Part shown: positions 1 through 7,211 of the stretch, one piece after another | Position numbering within the stretch: position 1 is the stretch's first letter | Layout: every line of letters starts with the position of its first letter | From: Candidatus Saccharimonadota bacterium | Lineage (GTDB): Bacteria > Patescibacteriota > Microgenomatia > UBA1406 > GWC2-37-13 | Direction of reading: 5' to 3' | Length of the DNA stretch: 32,000 bases | Assembly: GCA_001790095.1 (NCBI GenBank) | Contig: MGBH01000001.1 | Location: forward strand, 30,001-62,000 | Made by a program: the position numbers and the translations under genes | The notes under the pieces: model-generated | The model's database searches: none | The model's input: only the letters and a program-made list of their open reading frames with translations | Told to the model about the DNA's origin: nothing

Positions 1-247
1 AAGTAAATCCAATTAAAATATATTCTACAACATTTATCAAATAGAGACTTCCAAGCTTAAAGTGATGATATATTCCCCATAGAATATAGAATATGCAAAA
101 TGCGAGCGCGGTGACAAAAGAATAGGTCTTATTGCCTTGGTTTACCTTAAGAAGTATAAGGAATATTACTCCGATTGTAGATAGAAGTAGGTAGTCGAAT
201 ATATGTTTATTAAACTCTTTTGTAAAATGGACAAAGAAATGTTTCAT
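1..247 (-). CDS. hypothetical membrane protein (partial; C-terminus lies beyond the window start)
   Basis: The minus-strand frame opens with ATG at 247-245, 8 nt downstream of the stop of the 255..1136 gene. It stays open to the window edge (MKHFFVHFTKEFNKHIFDYLLLSTIGVIFLILLK...ALAFCIFYILWGIYHH...) and has two hydrophobic helices. It is absent from the ORF track because it has no stop inside the window. No family was recognised. Confidence 0.4.
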   Translation of the reverse strand, partial: MKHFFVHFTKEFNKHIFDYLLLSTIGVIFLILLKVNQGNKTYSFVTALAFCIFYILWGIYHHFKLGSLYLINVVEYILIGFT

Positions 248-254
248 ATTTTAA

Positions 255-1136
255 TTACAGAATTGCTCCACTTTTCATAATAAATATAACCCCAAGCATA
301 ATAAATCCCAAGAAAATTATGTGCGCGATGTGTTTACCTCCAATGCGAACGATCTGCAGTCTTGATGCGATGTAAAAATCGGCAATAAGTATAAGGACAA
401 GAAAAAAGATAAATATATATATCGTATCAAAGGAGAAGTGCAGTAAATTTATCTTTGGTTTCACGTTTTCTTTAGCAATAACCGCCTGAGTCTCTTTACC
501 TAATAGATTTTCTTTTGATATGTTGACAGGGTGTTGTACTTCAGGCTGTTTGACGGTAGTTGAAATATTGAGAGGTGTACCAAACATCTGGACAACAAGC
601 GTCGTCTCTTCACCGTTCATCATGCCATTTACAATAGCAAATCCTACCTCAGTATACTCTTTTTTTAGTACATTTTCTTTATGTGTGGGGGAGTTCATCC
701 AGGCATCAACGACACCTTGGGAAAAAAGAAAATTTTTTGCGAGGTTTTCTCCTGCATACTCATATTGATAACCGCTATTTAAAATAAAGTCCCATGGGGT
801 AGTTCCGTTTGGAGCAAAATGAGACCAATAATTTTTTTCAAACATATCTTTTGCTTTTGCTTGAGCCGCATAAGACAAGGCTTTGTTATATTGAAGCGGC
901 GGTAGTGATCTATCACCTCTTTCCTTATTGGTTAGTTCAATCAATCTATTGACTGTTATGTCGGTTGCAAAACCTAAAACATTATTGAAATAAAATCCGA
1001 CATTTTTAACCGTAAACGCAAACAACAAAGCACCGATAAGATAAAAGGAAAGAAAGTTAATGTGAAGGGTTTTGGCCCTATAATTGTTGTTTTCCTTTGG
1101 GGTAAAAAGATAATATAAATATTCTTTCAACATCAT
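255..1136 (-). CDS. CAP/SCP (YkwD-like) domain protein flanked by transmembrane helices
   Basis: 293-aa ORF. The core (NKERGDRSLPPLQYNKALSYAAQAKAKDMFEKNYWSHFAPNG...YAGENLAKNF...VDAWMNSPTHKENVLKKEYTEVGFAIV) fits the CAP/SCP/PR-1 signature. There is one N-terminal hydrophobic helix and several C-terminal ones. The start forms an ATGA overlap with the upstream VanZ-like gene. Confidence 0.8.
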   Translation of the reverse strand: MMLKEYLYYLFTPKENNNYRAKTLHINFLSFYLIGALLFAFTVKNVGFYFNNVLGFATDITVNRLIELTNKERGDRSLPPLQYNKALSYAAQAKAKDMFEKNYWSHFAPNGTTPWDFILNSGYQYEYAGENLAKNFLFSQGVVDAWMNSPTHKENVLKKEYTEVGFAIVNGMMNGEETTLVVQMFGTPLNISTTVKQPEVQHPVNISKENLLGKETQAVIAKENVKPKINLLHFSFDTIYIFIFFLVLILIADFYIASRLQIVRIGGKHIAHIIFLGFIMLGVIFIMKSGAIL

Positions 1137-1531
1137 ATGAGGCGTTTGACAAACTTAAGATTCTTTTTAGTAATTATATACATAATTAAAATCCCAGCGG
1201 TATCTATGAGAATGTCTCTCACCTTTCCTTGTCGCGAAGAGATGAATAGTTGATGTATTTCATCGCTGGTTGCAAATAAGACCGAACATACAATAGCTAA
1301 GATAAATTGGTGTGAAAGAGAAAATTTAGTCGTATGAAGAGCTCTGAATATAAAAAAAAATAAGACCGCATATTCAATCACATGTAAGCTTTTGAAGATT
1401 ACAAAGTCATACAAGTATGCATGAGTGATTCCTATGCTTTTTCGAGAGGAGAGATAAAAAATAAGAGCCATCCATAAAAAAGGAGGAAGCCAGTAGTATA
1501 AAAAACGGAGCAAAGGGTGTTTAACAGCCAT
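1133..1531 (-). CDS. VanZ-like family membrane protein
   Basis: 132 aa with four hydrophobic helices. Motifs typical of the VanZ family are present: HVIEYAVLFFFIFRAL and SDEIHQLFISSRQGKVRDILIDTAGILI. Start is ATG at 1531; stop is TGA at 1133-1135. Confidence 0.75.
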   Translation of the reverse strand: MAVKHPLLRFLYYWLPPFLWMALIFYLSSRKSIGITHAYLYDFVIFKSLHVIEYAVLFFFIFRALHTTKFSLSHQFILAIVCSVLFATSDEIHQLFISSRQGKVRDILIDTAGILIMYIITKKNLKFVKRLI

Positions 1532-2759
1532 TCTTTATTTTAACTAAAACTGAAAGGATAGTCAAAAATGAATAAGAGACAGACAAAATAGATAAATGGT
1601 TTAACAATGAAGTTGAAGGTTGTTTTATGACCATTTTTTTGTTTGAAGCCCCAAGAACACTTGGTGTGTTCGGATATATTCTATTTGTAGTGGGGATGGA
1701 AGAATAAAATAAAGGAGATGATTTTGACGGTTTTGATGAAACAATTAGGTTTATTGAGTGTGCACCTTCTGAAATATGAATATATGGAGATGGGTTAATT
1801 GATAAGATGCAGCTATTGTTCATACTATGTTTGCTTGGTTTTTGATTGCAGTAAACATCCACATCAGGGGATTCTTTGCCAAGAGTATTTCCTTGCATGG
1901 GGTCTTCATATTCAAACCCATCTTTTTGGGTTTTACTTGAATCAAGCAACCTAACACTATCTTTGTCGTTGTTAAAAAGAGAGGAGGAAAGATTAATCAC
2001 AGCATATTGTTTTGATAAGATAACGACTGAGAACTGTTTTGGTGCAGAACCAGCGTTTTCAATATCATCGATGTACCAGTTACATAGGTCAACAGTGAAA
2101 TCGTTATTATTATAAAGCTCTATCCATTCATATTCATTAGAGGGAGGATAGACCATAACTTCAGAGATAAAGACATTGTCATAAGATAAAGGATGGGTTG
2201 TTATGGTTGGGGGTTGGATAGACGGAGGTGGTGTAGTTGGAGATTCTGTTGGGGCGATAGATGGAATCAATGATGGGGTTATAATACAGTTTTCACCTGT
2301 TAAGTTATATTGTCCAAGAGTGGAGGTGCCAGAGACCCAATCATCTGAGCCATCAGGACTACGAAAGAAAGACGTGTTTGGTCCGGGGTTTGATTTATAG
2401 TTGTAAGAATCAATAAGAAGGGCACTGTTTGTCGTGGGTGGCGCTGTATTATCAAACAATCTGACTGTGTCTGAGGTTGATTTATTCAAATTAAAATCAT
2501 ACGAAAAAAGCTGACACGAATTTGAATATATAATCGTATGTTCTGGAATAGTGAAATAAGTTGACCCTGAACTGTCGTCAATATACCATCCGGATATATC
2601 GGCACTGGCAGATGAGGTATTTATGATTTCAACGGTTTGGGGACTTTCTTCAATAGAGAATTCATTTATTCTGGGTTTGTAATCAGCAAGGGAAAGGGAC
2701 GATATGAAAAATATGTAGCAACAAAACAAAACTATTATGGAAAGAAAGGACTTTCTCAT
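1521..2759 (-). CDS. secreted, C-terminally anchored protein with two lamin-tail (LTD) domains
   Basis: Signal-like N-terminus (MRKSFLSIIVLFCCYIFFISSLSLA). Two LTD-like repeats are present: INEFSIEE...VEIINTSSASADISGWYIDD...DTVRLFD and ISEVMVYPP..EWIELYNNNDFTVDLCNWYIDD...DSVRLLD. They are separated by a Pro/Thr/Ser linker (TPSLIPSIAPTESPTTPPPSIQPPTITT). There is a C-terminal hydrophobic helix (LSILSVSYSFLTILSVLV). Confidence 0.75.
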   Translation of the reverse strand: MRKSFLSIIVLFCCYIFFISSLSLADYKPRINEFSIEESPQTVEIINTSSASADISGWYIDDSSGSTYFTIPEHTIIYSNSCQLFSYDFNLNKSTSDTVRLFDNTAPPTTNSALLIDSYNYKSNPGPNTSFFRSPDGSDDWVSGTSTLGQYNLTGENCIITPSLIPSIAPTESPTTPPPSIQPPTITTHPLSYDNVFISEVMVYPPSNEYEWIELYNNNDFTVDLCNWYIDDIENAGSAPKQFSVVILSKQYAVINLSSSLFNNDKDSVRLLDSSKTQKDGFEYEDPMQGNTLGKESPDVDVYCNQKPSKHSMNNSCILSINPSPYIHISEGAHSINLIVSSKPSKSSPLFYSSIPTTNRIYPNTPSVLGASNKKMVIKQPSTSLLNHLSILSVSYSFLTILSVLVKIKNGC

Positions 2760-2851
2760 GTATTGTTTACCTTAGTTACAAAACTGCTTTTTGTCAATGG
2801 ACTATAGGCAACAAAACAGAGATTTTAGATTGATTTGGATATATTAATCAA

Positions 2852-4084
2852 TCATTTGTATGTCGCAGAAGAACAGATGATCGAATAATGAGAACTGAAC
2901 TTTATATCTGGGCCGTGAATTGGATCATGCATAGTATAAGTGTCTCCATCTTTTTTTGTAAGAAGTACATAATGATCTCCTCCAGATTTTCCAGCACAAG
3001 AAGAATAGGCTATGCCGACGATAACATAGTTGCCATTATTTAGTTCTTCGTCAATATTATTTATATTCACCATGGTTTTTCCAGCGACACTTGGCCAAGG
3101 ATAGTTCATCCAGGCAGTATTTGCCCAGAAATGAGAAGGGTCAGATGCAAAATCAGATGGAGTAATATTTTGCCCATTTTTTTTGGCGTACATAGATATT
3201 GACGTCAATAAACAACCGACTCGAAGAATAGACTCGGAAGAATAACCAATAGCTTGGTTTGCCCAGCGAGCATCTCTTTGAGAATAATATGCTCCATCTG
3301 AACCATTGCCAAATTCATTGGCGCCTATGATAGAATCTCCGCCTGATGTTTGCACAAATGTCTTAAATGAAGACAACTGCATCTGTGCTTGACTGAGCAG
3401 ACGTTGATAGGTAGCTTCGTCATTCCTTGTATCAGTAAGTAGTTTTTGTTTTTGAGCCTGTTGAGTTTTCAGCTCGTTTTTTTGATTGTCAAGTGTCAAG
3501 ATAAGCTGATCTAGTTCTTTCTTTTTTGTTTCTCGGATGATCTTTTGTTCTTCATAGTTTGTTTTGGCTTCTTGCACTTGGACAAGAAGTCTTTGATTGT
3601 TGTTTTGAGTGGTCTTTTGATATTTGACACTATTTATAAGATTGCTCATATTTTCGGAGTTTAATAAAAGATCAAAGAATGAGAATGTCCTTTCTTTATA
3701 GCCCTTAACCACTCGTTGTATAAGAAGTTTTGAAAGATTGGTGAGTGAGGTATCAAGACTATCAATGCGGGATGTAAGCGTGTTAATCTCTCTTTCCGTC
3801 TCTGTGATTTTTTGCTCTGTTTTTTGAATGGTTAATGTTTTAATGAAGATTTGAGTGTCCATTTCTTGGATTTGAGAAGCGAGAGTGTTTTTTTGTTGAC
3901 GAAGGTCACCCAATTTCTTCTCATACTCCCTAATCTTGTTTTCCAGATCATTGTTTGAGGAGGAAGAGCTTGATGAAGATGAGGATTCTTGGGCATGAAG
4001 TATTCCTATCGTGATACTTAAACACATAATAATGAATAAAACGATACCTACTGCGTATTTCATGTTTGATGAAACGTGCCTCAT
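2852..4084 (-). CDS. secreted coiled-coil protein with C-terminal papain-like (Peptidase_C39-like/CHAP-like) cysteine peptidase domain; candidate FtsEX-coupled cell-wall hydrolase
   Basis: The ORF-track start at 4129 is a TTG that overlaps ftsX by 26 nt. ATG candidates are at 4084 (MRHVSSNMKY..) and 4063 (MKYAVGIVLFIIM.., signal-like). The protein has a poly-Ser run, then about 190 aa of heptad-like Q/K/E/L-rich sequence. The C-terminal domain reads YYSQRDARWANQ...RVGCLLTSISMY...GGDHYVLL...MHDP, a Cys/His/Asp arrangement as in C39-like/CHAP folds. It lies directly downstream of ftsE-ftsX. Confidence 0.7.
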   Translation of the reverse strand: MRHVSSNMKYAVGIVLFIIMCLSITIGILHAQESSSSSSSSSSNNDLENKIREYEKKLGDLRQQKNTLASQIQEMDTQIFIKTLTIQKTEQKITETEREINTLTSRIDSLDTSLTNLSKLLIQRVVKGYKERTFSFFDLLLNSENMSNLINSVKYQKTTQNNNQRLLVQVQEAKTNYEEQKIIRETKKKELDQLILTLDNQKNELKTQQAQKQKLLTDTRNDEATYQRLLSQAQMQLSSFKTFVQTSGGDSIIGANEFGNGSDGAYYSQRDARWANQAIGYSSESILRVGCLLTSISMYAKKNGQNITPSDFASDPSHFWANTAWMNYPWPSVAGKTMVNINNIDEELNNGNYVIVGIAYSSCAGKSGGDHYVLLTKKDGDTYTMHDPIHGPDIKFSSHYSIICSSATYK

Positions 4085-4103
4085 GTCTTGATTATACCCG
4101 AAT

Positions 4104-4997
4104 TTATTTAATGTATTTTTGGGTTGCAAGGAGGGTTGAAGCTATCGATATGAAAACACCAAATAGCGTAGTGATAAGAAATGAAGCCGCGGTAAACTCG
4201 AGAGTCAACGGCCAAATGACAAGATTATAGAATCCAAAATCAATAGAAAGGTTTGAGACACCACTTAGATATGATTGTAAATATGGTCGAACAACAAAGA
4301 AAAGAGCAGAAAAAATAAGAAATACCACCATCGAAGAAAGAAGACCGAAAAACAAGGCTTCTTTTAAGAATGGTTTTTTAATATAGAACCTATCTGCTCC
4401 TAATAGTTGGAGTAGTTCTATCTCATCTTTTTTTAGGGCAATTTTAAAATGAGTGATGGAGATGAGAATGATGATGGTTGTGATGATGAAATATGCAAAA
4501 AAGGCAATGGATGTTTTTCTTACAATTGAAGTAAGAGAGAGAAGCTTATCAATGATGTTTTTTTGGAAATTAACCTCATCGATCCCTGATTGTTTCTTAA
4601 GAAAATCCGCAATCTCAGGTAGAAAGGACGGTTTTTTTGCAAATATTTCAAGAGATGCTGGGAGGATGTCAGATGTGACCATTTCCAAAAGAAGTGGGTT
4701 ATCTTTATTTAGTTTCTTATATATCTCATATGCTTCTGTTTTTGATACATATTTAGCTGAAAGTACTTTTTCTGAGGAAAGAAGCTGTTCTTTCAGTTTG
4801 AAAATATTGTTTTCTGATGTCTGAGTTTGGAAGTATACCGTCACCTGTGGTCTAGATTCTACATATCCAAGCATTCCATAAAGGAATGTTAAGATAAAAA
4901 AGACTGCAAGTGAGAGGAAAAGGGTTAAAAACAAAGTAAAAAACGTTGCAAAAGATTGATATGGTGTCCTTTTAATCGCAGTAAATATTTCTCTCAT
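4104..4997 (-). CDS. ftsX: cell division permease-like protein FtsX
   Basis: 297 aa. It has an N-terminal TM helix, a soluble loop of about 100 aa (the extracytoplasmic-domain position) and three C-terminal TM helices. Its ATG forms an ATGA overlap with the ftsE stop at 4994-4997, the classic ftsE-ftsX order. Confidence 0.85.
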   Translation of the reverse strand: MREIFTAIKRTPYQSFATFFTLFLTLFLSLAVFFILTFLYGMLGYVESRPQVTVYFQTQTSENNIFKLKEQLLSSEKVLSAKYVSKTEAYEIYKKLNKDNPLLLEMVTSDILPASLEIFAKKPSFLPEIADFLKKQSGIDEVNFQKNIIDKLLSLTSIVRKTSIAFFAYFIITTIIILISITHFKIALKKDEIELLQLLGADRFYIKKPFLKEALFFGLLSSMVVFLIFSALFFVVRPYLQSYLSGVSNLSIDFGFYNLVIWPLTLEFTAASFLITTLFGVFISIASTLLATQKYIK

Positions 4998-5671
4998 AGT
5001 TCATATCCTCCTTTTCGAATATCTTTAATAAGTCTTCCTTCTTTTAAGATAAGTACTCTCTTTTTTAAGCTGTTTACGATATCTGTATTGTGGGTTGCAA
5101 TGATAATGGTTTTTTTCCCTTCAATTTTTTTGAAAATCTTTATGATATCCCAGGTGGTTTTTGGATCAAGATTTCCTGTTGGCTCATCAGCCAGAATGAT
5201 CTTTCTATCTCCACAGATCGCTCGTGCTATGGCAACTCGCTGCAGCTCTCCGGCTGATAGTTGTACAGGAAATACCTTTTCTTTGTGATTTAATCCTACG
5301 AGATCTAGTGCGTCTTTGACTTTATTTTTGACTTCCTTTGCGGATATACCCATGATTTGCAGGCTTATTGCTATATTTTCATAGATATTTTTTTCGGGAA
5401 GGATTTTGAAATCCTGAAAGACAAAGCCAATATTTCTTCTTAGTTTTTCTGTATGATGGAACTTCTTTGAAGATACATCAAACTCATTTACCATAACGGT
5501 TCCTGATGTGGGTAGAGTGTCTTGAAGAATCAATTTGAGGATAGTGGTTTTACCTGCTCCAGATGAACCGACTAAAAAAACAAATTCATTGTCTTCAATC
5601 TCAAAAGATACATCCTGTAGCGCAATGTTGCCAAGGGGAAATTTTTTAATGACGTTTTCAAATACTATCAT
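4994..5671 (-). CDS. ftsE: cell division ATP-binding protein FtsE (ABC ATPase)
   Basis: Walker A GSSGAGKTT, ABC signature LSAGELQRVAIARA and Walker B ILADEPTGNLD are present. The N-terminus MIVFENVIKKF matches the usual FtsE start, so I prefer ATG at 5671. The ORF-track start at 5701 would overlap the upstream gene by 26 nt. Confidence 0.9.
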   Translation of the reverse strand: MIVFENVIKKFPLGNIALQDVSFEIEDNEFVFLVGSSGAGKTTILKLILQDTLPTSGTVMVNEFDVSSKKFHHTEKLRRNIGFVFQDFKILPEKNIYENIAISLQIMGISAKEVKNKVKDALDLVGLNHKEKVFPVQLSAGELQRVAIARAICGDRKIILADEPTGNLDPKTTWDIIKIFKKIEGKKTIIIATHNTDIVNSLKKRVLILKEGRLIKDIRKGGYEL

Positions 5672-5675
5672 GGTT

Positions 5676-6107
5676 TCATAAAACTTCAACCAATCCAACA
5701 TCCATTAGCCAACCGGCCTTTTGACCTTTGAATGTTTCTCCGTGAACGCGAATTTTTTTCCCAATATACTGCATAAGATCAACGGTTGAAGAAGTAAGAT
5801 ATACATTTTGCGAAATCCCACCCGGTCTTTCAAGATGAAAGTTGCCTTCTCCGTCAATACCGCCTTCTTTTAACTTTCCTTCAACCTTATCTTTGAATGT
5901 TTTTTTGTCAACGATACCAGCTGTTTTATTACTTTTTACTGTGTTTGGGAGAGAGGTATTTTTGATCATCATCAATCTAGAGGCTGCAAAACCAATACCT
6001 GTTCCCAAAAGAATAACGCCAAAGATAATACCGATAAATAAAGGGATAGATAATCCTTTTACCTCTTCATCAATTTGATGAATAAGGCTTTGTTTTTGAG
6101 TGTTCAT
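5676..6107 (-). CDS. hypothetical N-terminally membrane-anchored small protein
   Basis: 143 aa with one TM helix (LSIPLFIGIIFGVILLGTGIGFAA) followed by a soluble domain of about 95 aa. The stop TGA lies 4 nt before the preferred ftsE ATG, so it is probably co-translated with ftsEX. No family was recognised. Confidence 0.6.
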   Translation of the reverse strand: MNTQKQSLIHQIDEEVKGLSIPLFIGIIFGVILLGTGIGFAASRLMMIKNTSLPNTVKSNKTAGIVDKKTFKDKVEGKLKEGGIDGEGNFHLERPGGISQNVYLTSSTVDLMQYIGKKIRVHGETFKGQKAGWLMDVGLVEVL

Positions 6108-6150
6108 ATATAAATTCAGAATACCATTTTAAGTGAGGAAAAACAAGTGT

Positions 6151-7167
6151 TTAGAGAGCGGATTGTTTAAGATAAGCTTCGATTATTTCATCGAGGTCTC
6201 CATCAAGGATCTTGTTTACATTATTTTCCTCAAAATCAGTACGTAAATCCTTAATAAGTTTATAAGGATGAAGGACATAAGATCTAATTTGCATACCCCA
6301 TGAGGCCATTTTTTCCTTTTTAAATCCCTCAATTGCTTTTTGTCTTTTTGCTTCTTCAACCGCCCATAATTTTGAGCGCAAAATCTTCATTGCATTTTCT
6401 CTGTTTTGACCTTGTGATCTTTCAGTTTGACAAGAAACAGTAATATTTGTTGGTTTATGAGTTAGTCTGACTGCTGTTGAGACTTTGTTAACATTTTGTC
6501 CTCCCTTTCCACCCGATCGATAGAACTGCCATTCTAGATCCTCTTCCTTAATATGTACTTCTTTATCTTCTACCACAGGAAGGACTTCAATAAGGGCAAA
6601 TGAGGTTTGACGAAGCTTGTCGGCGTTGAAGGGTGATTGGCGTACCAGTCGGTGGACACCAGCCTCGACTTTTAAATAACCATAGGCAAACTGACCGTGT
6701 ACATTGAGGGTAATACTCTTTATTCCTGCTTCTTCTCCATCGATTCGATCAACTTCTTCAAATCGCCAGCCTTTAAGCTCGAAATACCGCGTATACATGC
6801 GTAAGAGCATACTTGACCAGTCCATCGCCTCTGTTCCTCCTTGGCCTGCATGAATCGAAAAAACCGCATCACTCTTGTCATATGTTCCTGAAAGGAAAAG
6901 TAACATTTCGTATTGTTTTATAAGTTTTTGTGCATCTTTGTATTCCTTTTCTTCCATAAGAAATTGCATCATTTCAAGGTCTTCTATTTCCTTTTTTAAG
7001 AGAGTTACTTTCTTTAATACGTCCCCAGCCGTCTTTGCATCTTGCCAAAATGCCGTATCATATGTCTTTTTTTCTAATTCTACGACAAGTCTTTTTTTCT
7101 CAGGAATATCTGATTTTTCAAGAATATTTGTCAATTTCCGTTGAAGTTCATCCTTTAATTCTTCCAT
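6151..7167 (-). CDS. prfB: peptide chain release factor 2
   Basis: The GGQ motif ([20 protein letters not shown]) and the RF2-specific SPF tripeptide ([15 protein letters not shown]) are present. The protein is colinear with bacterial RF2 over its whole length. It is a single uninterrupted 338-aa frame. Confidence 0.95.
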   Translation of the reverse strand: MEELKDELQRKLTNILEKSDIPEKKRLVVELEKKTYDTAFWQDAKTAGDVLKKVTLLKKEIEDLEMMQFLMEEKEYKDAQKLIKQYEMLLFLSGTYDKSDAVFSIHAGQGGTEAMDWSSMLLRMYTRYFELKGWRFEEVDRIDGEEAGIKSITLNVHGQFAYGYLKVEAGVHRLVRQSPFNADKLRQTSFALIEVLPVVEDKEVHIKEEDLEWQFYRSGGKGGQNVNKVSTAVRLTHKPTNITVSCQTERSQGQNRENAMKILRSKLWAVEEAKRQKAIEGFKKEKMASWGMQIRSYVLHPYKLIKDLRTDFEENNVNKILDGDLDEIIEAYLKQSAL

Positions 7168-7211
7168 AAGCTATTATATCAGAAGAGAGTAAATGTATTG
7201 TTATGGAGCGA

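Noticed and set aside
2792-2797. Perfect TTGACA on the minus strand, upstream of the LTD gene in the 92-bp gap, considered as a -35 box.
   Set aside because: The hexamer 17 nt downstream is TAAGGT, a poor -10. It doubles as the only Shine-Dalgarno-like element (AAGG) about 10 nt before the ATG, so the two roles conflict. The block could equally be read through from the upstream hydrolase gene. I did not annotate it as a feature.
3959-3985. The Ser9 run in the hydrolase, considered as a slippage-prone trinucleotide repeat.
   Set aside because: The codons are mixed (TCC TCA TCT TCA TCA AGC TCT TCC TCC), so there is no perfect DNA repeat to slip. I kept it only as a possible glycosylation or linker segment.
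4453-4824. 123-aa plus-strand ORF (MMEMRMMMVVMM...) and similar ORFs opposite real genes: 520-768, 1876-2115, 2203-2400, 4956-5288, 5842-6078, 6875-7144, 10687-11001, 14756-15073, 15174-15500, 30339-30746.
   Set aside because: All lie antisense to, or out of frame within, ORFs that carry clear family motifs. Their translations are low-complexity mirror images of the opposite-strand codons; for example, the GGG/VVG runs at 2203-2400 lie opposite the Pro-rich linker. None has a recognisable motif.
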